Positions 16,550 to 25,093 of a stretch of DNA of 32,000 nucleotides are shown here, piece after piece (within the stretch, counting starts at the first letter, position 1; each line of letters opens with the position of its first letter). Source of the stretch: Cereibacter sphaeroides 2.4.1 (GTDB taxonomy: Bacteria; Pseudomonadota; Alphaproteobacteria; Rhodobacterales; Rhodobacteraceae). The notes beneath the pieces are model-generated. The model was given only the letters and a program-made list of their open reading frames with translations. It ran no database searches and was not told the origin of the DNA. Both the position numbers and the translations under genes were made by a program. The DNA is taken from positions 540,001 to 572,000 of the forward strand of contig NC_007493.2 in assembly GCF_000012905.2 (NCBI RefSeq), written 5' to 3'.

Positions 16550-17732
16550 ACTCCTGCTGACCTCCTTTCCCGCGATCTTCCGCTATTATCAGCTGAAGCG
16601 ACGGGCCGAGGCGATGACCGTCTGGAACATGCGGACCGCGGTTTTCGCCTGGGCCGTCATGGCTATGGGCCTGTTTCTCGTAATTTTCTACTTCCATCCC
16701 AAATCCTATTCCGGTCTGCTTCCGTTCCGGACGATCTCTGTCGTGGCGCAGACCAGCGGCCCGGTCACCGAGATCCACGTCGAGAATGGCCAGCGGGTCG
16801 CTGCGGGCGATCTGTTGTTCAAGATCGAGGACAGTTCCCAGAAAGCACGGCTGAACCAGGCCGAAGCGGAATTCGACAAGATCGCCGCAGCAGAGATCAA
16901 GGCGCAGGACACCCTGAGAGTGGCCTTGGCAAGCGTCGCCGCGGCGACCTCGACGCTGGAGAAGCTGAGCGTAGACCGCGATAACGCCCGTCAGCTTCTG
17001 ACGCGCAATGTCGGAACGCAGGATACCCTTCGCCAGACCGAGGCATCGGTCGCTGCGGCGGACGCCGAACGCGAGGCCGCCCAGGCACAGGCCGATCTTG
17101 CCCGTGCAGAGCTCTCGCAGGCCATCCCGGCTCAGCACAAGGCGGCAGAGGCCGCGTTGCAGGTCGCTCGGGCCGATCTGGCCAAGACCGAGGTCCGATC
17201 CTTCTCCGACGGACTTGTCACTCAATTGGCGTTGAGCGTCGGCAGCCCGGCCGCCACGCTCATCTTGAGCCCCGCGATGCTGATCATCCCGGATCGGCCC
17301 GAGGATCTTCCGCTGCGGTTCACCGCAGGGTTCAATCAGGTTGCGAGGTCCACGCTTTATGTTGGCATGCCGGCGGAGATCGCCTGCAACACGAATATCA
17401 ACCTTTCCTTTCGCGATACTGTTCTTCCTGCCCGGATCCAGGCGATCCAGCCGGCTATAGCGTCAGGTCAGGTGGTTCCGGGGGGGCGCCTGCTCGAAGC
17501 TGAAAGCGGCATGCAACGGGGATCCCTGCTGGTCTATCTGGAACTGATCCACCCCGAACAAGAGAGCATCACGATCGACGGCAGCGGTTGTGTGGTGCAG
17601 ACTTACACCGACAATCTTGACGGGATCTTCGGTCATGTCATTGCGGCAACAGGGGTCATCAAGGCTGCGGGGCTAAGGCTCAAGGTCTGGGGGGCTATGG
17701 TGGCAGGGGTCGGCCTTGGCGGAGGTCACTGA
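16542..17732 (+). CDS. HlyD-family membrane-fusion-type protein (YiaV/EmrA-like adaptor) with a two-helix N-terminal anchor
   Basis: A lipoyl-like hairpin (SGPVTEIHVENGQRVAAGDLLFKIED ... TEVRSFSDGLVTQLALSVGS) flanks a long Ala/Gln-rich coiled coil. The N-terminus MLELLLTSFPAIFRYYQLKRR...TAVFAWAVMAMGLFLVIFYFHP resembles E. coli YiaV as I recall it. No transporter or outer-membrane partner lies nearby. Confidence 0.8.
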   Translation: MLELLLTSFPAIFRYYQLKRRAEAMTVWNMRTAVFAWAVMAMGLFLVIFYFHPKSYSGLLPFRTISVVAQTSGPVTEIHVENGQRVAAGDLLFKIEDSSQKARLNQAEAEFDKIAAAEIKAQDTLRVALASVAAATSTLEKLSVDRDNARQLLTRNVGTQDTLRQTEASVAAADAEREAAQAQADLARAELSQAIPAQHKAAEAALQVARADLAKTEVRSFSDGLVTQLALSVGSPAATLILSPAMLIIPDRPEDLPLRFTAGFNQVARSTLYVGMPAEIACNTNINLSFRDTVLPARIQAIQPAIASGQVVPGGRLLEAESGMQRGSLLVYLELIHPEQESITIDGSGCVVQTYTDNLDGIFGHVIAATGVIKAAGLRLKVWGAMVAGVGLGGGH

Positions 17733-18014
17733 GGGCGCATTAGATTGCGGGTAAACGCGATCGGACGCCGCTTGAGAGGGACGGCCCCTCCCGAAACCCA
17801 TGCTGTCGCAAGCCAAGGCGCAATCAGCCCGCCGCATGGCCACTGCCGGCCACGCGCCAGTGGGTCCGAAGGTCTCGGATGGCCTGACTTCGGCCTTCCG
17901 CCTCGGCGCGAAGGGCCCCTTCCGGCCAAGTGCATCGGTTGCGCACTGCGTGCCGTGCTGAGCGCCACGTGTCATCGCGACCGTTCGTATCTTCGGAGTG
18001 AGTTGCAGGTCCAC

Positions 18015-18073
18015 AGTAAGCGGTAGCCTTTCCCATTGATGTCGTTGCTTCCGGTTTGACGCTCGTTGGCGGA
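18015..18073 (+). repeat. solo IS66-type terminus (59-nt stump of a second, inverted copy)
   Basis: The plus strand reads GTAAGCGGTAGCCTTTCCCATTGATGTCGTTGCTTCCGGTTTGACGGCTCGTTGGCGGA. It has 51 identities in a 59-column alignment with 14156..14099 (7 mismatches, 1 gap). Similarity stops abruptly at 18073. Confidence 0.75.
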
Positions 18074-18185
18074 ACGCGCGTTCCGTGACGCCATGGAGGC
18101 TCTGCTCGCGGCCGGAAGGATTGAGGTGCGCGAGGAAGGTCCGCCGTCGCGCCGCGTCAGCTTCCTCTGGGATGCCCGCTCGTGA
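18074..18185 (+). pseudogene. C-terminal fragment of a phage/plasmid-type protein, truncated by the IS66 stump
   Basis: The frame reads ...ERAFRDAMEALLAAGRIEVREEGPPSRRVSFLWDARS then a stop (18183-18185). The ...G.I.v...GPPSRR... tail resembles C-termini of phage replication/primase-associated proteins. There is no start codon or N-terminus. Confidence 0.35.
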
Positions 18186-18225
18186 AGTCCTTCAACCCCC
18201 CTTCAACCCCCTGCCTTCATCCCCC

Positions 18226-18275
18226 CTCCCCCTAAAGGGGGAGATGGAAGCGCCATGCGCGACGCGCTTCCATCT
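18226..18275 (+). terminator. two consecutive perfect hairpins (candidate terminator or operator) downstream of the phage gene fragment
   Basis: CTCCCCC-TAAA-GGGGGAG (18226-18243) overlaps AGATGGAAGCGC-N10-GCGCTTCCATCT (18242-18275). There is no U-tract, so the terminator role is tentative. Confidence 0.35.
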
Positions 18276-18376
18276 GTAAAAGGCCGGCGGCTGGTCGCCG
18301 CCGAAGCCAATCCTCGGGACCGCCTGTCGAACGGCGCGTCTCCGGTTCACAGCCCTCGGCTGGCGGAGGCAATCTG

Positions 18377-18676
18377 ATGGCTGGATGGCCCTACAACACC
18401 TCCCGGTGGTCGAAGCTCCGCGAGGCCAAGCTCGCTGAGAAACCCCTGTGCGAGATCTGCCAGCGCCGCGGCATCGTCGAGCCTGCGGTCGCGGTTGACC
18501 ACTTCGTAGCCATTCGGCATGGCGGCGATCCGTTCCCGCCGCTGTCCGGTCTGCTGTCTCTGTGCGTGGCCTGCCACAACGAGAAGACCGCGAGCTTCGA
18601 CAAGCCGGGCGCCGATCCGTTCCGCCGTCGCTTCAAGGGCTTCGATGTCCACTTAACCTTCTTGACTGACGAATGA
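18377..18676 (+). pseudogene. phage-type HNH endonuclease, C-terminus replaced by IS sequence
   Basis: GGAGG Shine-Dalgarno plus ATG at 18377. W..LR...L...PLCEIC...G....AVAVDH.....GGDPF....LLSLCVACHNEKT is the HNH motif. After about 18650 the frame reads into the end of the IS481-like element (HLTFLTDE then a stop). Confidence 0.75.
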
Positions 18677-19504
18677 CATGACGGTCTCGACCGGTCGACG
18701 GCCCATGTTTCGGTAGCCGAGATGTGGCCGTTCGGTATTGTAGTGGACGAGCCAGGCGTCGAGATCGGCCTGCAGGGCCTCTACGCTTTCGTAGAAATTG
18801 TCGCGCATCGCGACCCGGAAGAACTCGTTCAGGATGGTGCCGTTGAAGCGCTCGACGAAGCCGTTCGTCTTGGGCGTCCGGACGCGGGTTCGGCGGTGCT
18901 CGATGCCGTTGAGGTCGAGATAGAGCTCGTAAGGATGCCGCTCCGTCCCGCAGAACTCGCGGCCGTTGTCGGTCAGCACCGCGCCGACGGGCAGATCCAG
19001 GTTGCGGTAGAACGGCAGCACGTCGTTGTGCAGCACCGCCACCGCCGCCTCGGGTTGCTTGGAGACGTGCAGGAACCCGAAGGCGTAGGAGCCGAAGGTG
19101 TCGACGACAGCGTGCAGGTAGACCCGACCGATCCCCTTGAGCGCGCCGACGAAGAAGGTATCGGCGGAGAGGAGTTCGCCGGGGGCGCTTGATTCCACAT
19201 GCCTTTCCCGAAAGCACGGGTTCAGCTTCTCGATGAAGGCGGCCTGCTCCGCGGTCAACTCGATCCTCTTTTCAGCGTTGGCCTGCTCCAGCGCCAGCCA
19301 GCGGTCGGACTTCGTGCCCAGACCGTTCTCGTTCAGGATCTTCTGGATGGTGATCGACGAGACCCGGATGCCCTCCAGCGCCAGCATCGCTTCGAACCGG
19401 TTGCAGCCATAGGCCGGATGGGCGAGCGCCAGAGTCTTGATCCGCGCCACCGTCTCCGGGGGCGTCGATTGCGGGTGGCTCTTGTGGATCGGCGGCAGGT
19501 CCTT
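18653..19504 (-). pseudogene. IS481-family (rve/DDE) transposase, C-terminal ~283 aa only
   Basis: ...HPAYGCNRFEAMLALEGIRVSS..., LLSADTFFVG (D), VLTDNGREF (D) and PKTNGFVERFNGTILNEF (E) form an IS481/IS3-type integrase core. The N-terminal HTH region is missing. The upstream 167 aa of track ORF 18653..20005 are antisense to the integrase gene and not part of it. Confidence 0.8.
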
Positions 19505-19507
19505 GAC

Positions 19508-20482
19508 CACCCCGACTTCCTCTCCCACTACAGCGCCGGGCGACAGGGCGAGAAATGGACCGGCCCTGCGACAGCACCGCAGCCGAAGGCGGTGACCCAC
19601 TCGATCCAATGGCTGGTCGGCAGATACCTCACGCACCTCGAGAGCCTCGTCGAGGCGAAGCTCGCCTCCCTGCTCACATTGAGGCAGCGCCGCTCTCAGC
19701 TGCGCCGGTTCTGCGAAATGCCGACAGAGGATGGCGGCACCTACGGCGAATATGACTTCCGGGCGCCTCGCAGCGCGATCATCGCCGCGCGGGACCAATG
19801 GCGGCACAAGCCCGGCGAGGCCGACAACCTCGTGAAGTCGATCTCGGCCATGTATCGGTGGGCCATCGACGAGGCGGAGATCGCGACCGAGAACCCGGCC
19901 GTGGGCATCAAGAAGCTGAACAAGGGAGGCGGAGGCGCCGCAGCCTGGACGGCCGACGACCTCAAGCGATTCCGCGAGGCGCATCCCTTCGGCACGACCG
20001 CGCACCTATGGCTCACGCTGCAGATGTTCACGGCCTGCCGGATCGACGACGCGCGCAAGCTCGGGCGCAGCAACGAGATCGACAGGGGAGGGACGCTCTG
20101 GCTGGAGTTTCAGCCCGGCAAGAAGGGAAGCGCCCCCGTCTCGATCCCGATGCTCCCGCCGCTCCTGAAGGCAGCGCGGGCCCAGAAGGTCCAAGGGGCT
20201 ACATATCTGCTGACCGCGGCCGGCAAGCCCTTCAGCACCGCGGAGAGCCTGCGGAACCGCGTCCAGAAATGGTGCGCCGCCGCGGGCATCGAGGGGAAGT
20301 CCTCGCACGGCATCCGAAAGGCCGCGGCGGAGTTGCTCGCCGAGGCCGGATGCACCCAGCACCAGATCATGGCGCTTATGGCCCACACCCAAGCGAAGAC
20401 CTCGGAGATCTACACGAAGGGCGCCCAGCGACGGCTTCTGGCGGCCGATGCCGCTGCGGCTTTGGCCACCCTCGAGTGGTGA
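19508..20482 (+). pseudogene. int: tyrosine-type site-specific integrase, 5'-truncated
   Basis: ...TLQMFTACRIDDARKL (Arg), SSHGIRKAAA (H-x-x-R) and KTSEIYTKGA (catalytic Tyr) are present. The gene lies next to the 3' end of a tRNA. Similarity to this integrase class starts around PDFLSHYSAGRQGEK, and there is no plausible start codon or first 25-50 aa. Confidence 0.8.
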
Positions 20483-20484
20483 CG

Positions 20485-20513
20485 GTGCTCCACGCTCCGT
20501 AAACGTGGAGCAC
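20485..20513 (+). terminator. hairpin between integrase stop and tRNA 3' end
   Basis: GTGCTCCACG-N9-CGTGGAGCAC is a perfect 10-bp stem. It is followed by an A-rich run that reads as a T-run on the minus strand just after the tRNA. Confidence 0.4.
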
Positions 20514-20546
20514 TAGCCTTAGAAAACAAACGAAAAAATAGGCATG

Positions 20547-20622
20547 TGGTAGGCCCGGAGGGACTCGAACCCCCAACCAAGGCGTTATGAGCGCCCTGCT
20601 CTGACCATTGAGCTACAGGCCC
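20547..20622 (-). tRNA. tRNA with anticodon CAU, elongator type (Met, or Ile2 if lysidinylated); CCA encoded
   Basis: Manual cloverleaf: GGGCCTG-TA-GCTC-AATGGTCA-GAGC-A-GGGCG-CTCATAA-CGCCT-TGGTT-GGGGG-TTCGAGT-CCCTC-CGGGCCT-A-CCA. It is not an initiator, because it lacks the GGG/CCC anticodon stem and has a paired 1:72. Confidence 0.85.
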
Positions 20623-20728
20623 GGCCAGTTCCGGTTACGGCGAAGCGGAGCAGGGGTCAAGCGCGCTTCGCGTTGCGAAGCGGGAAGGGATCGTCTAGAG
20701 GGACCGCAGGCAGCGGCAGGGGTGAAAG

Positions 20729-21771
<1,043 letters not shown>

Positions 21772-21775
<4 letters not shown>

Positions 21776-22362
21776 AACGGGTTGCCGTCCTGATCTCGGG
21801 CGGAGGCTCGAACATGCTGGCGCTGCTGCGCAGCATGGAGGGCGCGCACCCGGCGCGGCCGGTGCTCGTGGCCTCGAACGATCCCGCGGCGGCGGGGCTC
21901 AAACGCGCGGCCGAGCTGGGCGTGCCGGTCGCTGCGGTGGATCACCGGCCCTTCCGGGGCGACCGCGCGGCCTTCGAGGCGGCGCTGCTCGAGCCGATCC
22001 TCGCGGCCGAGCCGGACATCCTGTGCCTTGCCGGCTTCATGCGGGTGCTGACGCCCGCCTTCGTCGCGCGCTTCGAGGGGCGGATGCTGAACATCCATCC
22101 CTCGCTCCTGCCGAAATATCAGGGGCTGCACACGCATCAGCGGGCACTCGAGGCGGGCGACGCCGAGGCCGGCTGCACCGTCCACGAGGTGACGGCCGCG
22201 CTCGACGACGGGCCGATCCTCGGTCAGGCGCGGGTGCCGATCCTGCCGGGCGATAAGGCGGAGACGCTCGCGGCGCGTGTGCTGACGCGGGAACATGCGC
22301 TCTATCCGGCGGTGCTTCGGCGTTTTGCCGCGGGCGATCGCACGCCGCTGCTGCTGGACTGA
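21772..22362 (+). CDS. purN: phosphoribosylglycinamide formyltransferase
   Basis: The GTG at 21772 overlaps the purM stop (GTGA). [20 protein letters not shown] and [23 protein letters not shown] are purN signatures. It is the last 196 aa of track ORF 20608..22362. Confidence 0.92.
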
Positions 22363-22369
22363 TCCCAAC

Positions 22370-22391
22370 AGCCCATCGGGCTTTCCTTTTT
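22370..22391 (+). terminator. weak intrinsic terminator after purN
   Basis: AGCCC-ATC-GGGCT followed by TTCCTTTTT. The stem is short (5 bp). Confidence 0.35.
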
Positions 22392-22458
22392 CCCCGACGC
22401 CGCCTATAGCGGAAGGGCGCGGGACGAACCCGCACGAACCCCGAGATGCGGGATCTTG

Positions 22459-23616
22459 ATGCAGACCATCACCACCACCGAGGCGCTGGCCGCCTTCTGC
22501 GAGGCCGCCAAGGCCGAACCCTATGTCACGATCGACACGGAATTCCTGCGCGAGCGCACCTACTGGTCCAAGCTCTGCCTGATCCAGATGGCGCTGCCGG
22601 GCAAGACCGGCGAGGCGGTGCTGGTGGACCCCATCGAGGGGCCCGACATGTCGCTCGAGCCGCTCTACGACCTCTTCCGCCACGAGGCGACGGTGAAGGT
22701 CTTCCATGCCGCCCGGCAGGATCTCGAGATCTTCTTCGTAGAGGGGCGCGCCTTCCCCGTGCCGCTCTTCGACACGCAGGTCGCGGCCATGGTCTGCGGC
22801 TTCGGCGAGCAGGTCGGCTACGAGACGCTGGTCAAGAAGATCGCACGCGAGCAGCTCGACAAGACCTCGCGCTTCACCGACTGGTCGCGCCGTCCGCTCA
22901 GCGACGCGCAGAAGACCTATGCCATCGCCGATGTGACCCACCTGCGGGTGATCTACGAATGGCTTTCGGCTCAGATCGAGAAGAACGGCCGGCAGAAGTG
23001 GGTCGAGGAAGAGCTCGCGATCCTCACCGATCCCGAGACCTACACGGTCCGGCCCGAAGAGGCTTGGCTCAGGATCAAGACCCGCACCACCTCGGGGCGC
23101 TTCCTCGCCGTGGTGAAGGAGCTCGCCCGTTTCCGCGAGGACTATGCGCAGAAGAACAACGTCCCGCGCTCGCGGGTGATGAAGGACGATGCGCTGCTCG
23201 AGATCGCCTCCACGCGGCCCACGAATGCCGAAGAGCTGGGCCGCTCGCGGCTTCTGCTGCGCGAGGGGAGGCGGGGCGACATCGCCGATGGCATCCTTGC
23301 CGCGGTGAAGGCGGGCATGGAGGTCAAGAACGAGGACCTGCCGAAGCCCGATCTCTCGCGCGAGCAGCTTCAGGTGAACCCGGCGCTGGCCGATCTCCTG
23401 CGGGTGCTGCTCAAGGCCAAGTCGGAAAGTCTGGGCGTTGCGGCGCGGCTCATCGCCTCGGCCTCCGAGCTCGATGCCATTGCCGCGGGCGAACGCGACC
23501 TGCCCTCGCTCAAGGGCTGGCGGCTCGAGGCCTTCGGGGCCGATGCACTGCGCCTCTGCCGGGGCGAGATCGCCCTGTCGGCCAAGGGCAACGACGTGCG
23601 CGTGGTCAAGCTCTGA
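22459..23616 (+). CDS. rnd: ribonuclease D
   Basis: DEDD 3'-5' exonuclease motifs (VTIDTEF, HAARQDLE, YAIADVTHL) followed by an HRDC-like region. The ATG at 22459 is preferred over the TTG at 22456. Confidence 0.9.
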   Translation: MQTITTTEALAAFCEAAKAEPYVTIDTEFLRERTYWSKLCLIQMALPGKTGEAVLVDPIEGPDMSLEPLYDLFRHEATVKVFHAARQDLEIFFVEGRAFPVPLFDTQVAAMVCGFGEQVGYETLVKKIAREQLDKTSRFTDWSRRPLSDAQKTYAIADVTHLRVIYEWLSAQIEKNGRQKWVEEELAILTDPETYTVRPEEAWLRIKTRTTSGRFLAVVKELARFREDYAQKNNVPRSRVMKDDALLEIASTRPTNAEELGRSRLLLREGRRGDIADGILAAVKAGMEVKNEDLPKPDLSREQLQVNPALADLLRVLLKAKSESLGVAARLIASASELDAIAAGERDLPSLKGWRLEAFGADALRLCRGEIALSAKGNDVRVVKL

Positions 23617-23622
23617 CCGGTG

Positions 23623-23644
23623 CCGGGCGGCCTTGGCCGCCCGG
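23623..23644. terminator. bidirectional hairpin between convergent rnd and lipoprotein genes
   Basis: CCGGGCGGCC-TT-GGCCGCCCGG is a perfect 10-bp stem lying between the two stop codons. Confidence 0.5.
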
Positions 23645-23652
23645 AGCGTGCC

Positions 23653-24105
23653 TCAGCGGCGGCTGGTCAGGGCGTTGCCTGCCGAGACCACCGTGATCTG
23701 GCTGATCGAGCGCAGCTGATAGGCCGTCAGATAGGCGCCCACCGTCACCTCGCGCGAGGCCTGCGTGCCGACGGCGGCCCCCCTCGGCGGCGGCAGGGCG
23801 CGGAACTCATAGGTCATCACGCCATCCTGAACCGGCCGCGCCACCAGCTCGGCGTTCCAGAAGCCCTGCGTCGGAGGCACGCCCACGGCGCGCACCACAG
23901 CACCCCCCCGGTTCGGCTCCACCTCGAGCGAGATCACCTGCGCTATCAGCGGCCGCGCATCGGGCGCCGTGGCCGGCAGATCGGTTGGCGCCAGAGTGGC
24001 GGGCGCGGGCTCGGAGCCGCCGATCCAGTTCAGCGGGTTGAGCCGCGAGCCGCAGGCCCCGAGTGCCAGAACCAGCGCAAGCCCCACGAGCAGCGGTCGT
24101 CTCAT
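23653..24105 (-). CDS. hypothetical lipoprotein
   Basis: MRRPLLVGLALVLALGAC... is a signal peptide with a lipobox Cys. The ORF is 150 aa with host-like codon usage. Confidence 0.65.
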   Translation of the reverse strand: MRRPLLVGLALVLALGACGSRLNPLNWIGGSEPAPATLAPTDLPATAPDARPLIAQVISLEVEPNRGGAVVRAVGVPPTQGFWNAELVARPVQDGVMTYEFRALPPPRGAAVGTQASREVTVGAYLTAYQLRSISQITVVSAGNALTSRR

Positions 24106-24234
24106 TCCTTCATCCCTCGCATCCTTCTCTGCTCATTGGCTAGCCGATGCGGCGGGCTTTGGAAAGCGCGGGCTGGCAGGGCTGGACCTCGCTGGACCCA
24201 GCGATTACCTGTGGCTGCAGGAATGGAGGGCAGG

Positions 24235-24663
24235 ATGGCCACTCAAGCCTTTGAAGAGATCGCCGAGACGTTCGACTTTCTGGACGACTGGGAAGACCGC
24301 TACCGCCATGTGATCGAACTGGGCAAGGCGATGCCGCCGCTCGACGAGGCCTTCCGGGTGCCCGCGACCAAGGTCGAGGGCTGCGCGAGCCAGGTCTGGA
24401 TCCGGCCCGTGATCGAGGGGGAGGGCGGGGGCGCGCGATTCGACTTTCAGGGCGACAGCGACGCGATGATCGTTCGCGGCCTGATCGCCGTGCTTCATGC
24501 GCTCTATTCCGGCCTGTCGGTGGCCGAGGTGGGCCGGGTGGATGCGCCGGCCGAACTGGCGCGGCTCGGCCTCGATCAGCATCTCTCATCGCAGCGCTCG
24601 AACGGGCTGCGCGCGATGGTGGAGCGGATCCGCCGTGTCTCGGCAGAGGTCGCGGCGGCCTGA
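24235..24663 (+). CDS. sufE: SufE-family cysteine desulfuration protein
   Basis: FDFLDDWEDRYRHVIELGK...ATKVEGCASQVWI...GDSDAMIVRGLIAVL is the SufE signature including the acceptor Cys. GGAGGG sits 5 nt before the ATG at 24235. Confidence 0.85.
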   Translation: MATQAFEEIAETFDFLDDWEDRYRHVIELGKAMPPLDEAFRVPATKVEGCASQVWIRPVIEGEGGGARFDFQGDSDAMIVRGLIAVLHALYSGLSVAEVGRVDAPAELARLGLDQHLSSQRSNGLRAMVERIRRVSAEVAAA

Positions 24664-24664
24664 A

Positions 24665-24682
24665 GGCGGGCCGCCGCCCGCC
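24665..24682. terminator. hairpin between convergent sufE and DUF427 genes
   Basis: GGCGGGC-CGCC-GCCCGCC lies between the two stops. Confidence 0.4.
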
Positions 24683-24685
24683 GGC

Positions 24686-25093
<408 letters not shown>

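Noticed and set aside
19505-20005. N-terminal 167 aa of the 450-aa ORF 18653..20005 (it would make a full-length transposase), and N-terminal ~100 aa of ORF 19199..20482 (it would make a full-length integrase).
   Set aside because: Each extension is simply the antisense of the other gene's conserved region and has no transposase HTH or integrase N-domain features. Both genes are better explained as truncated at a common junction.
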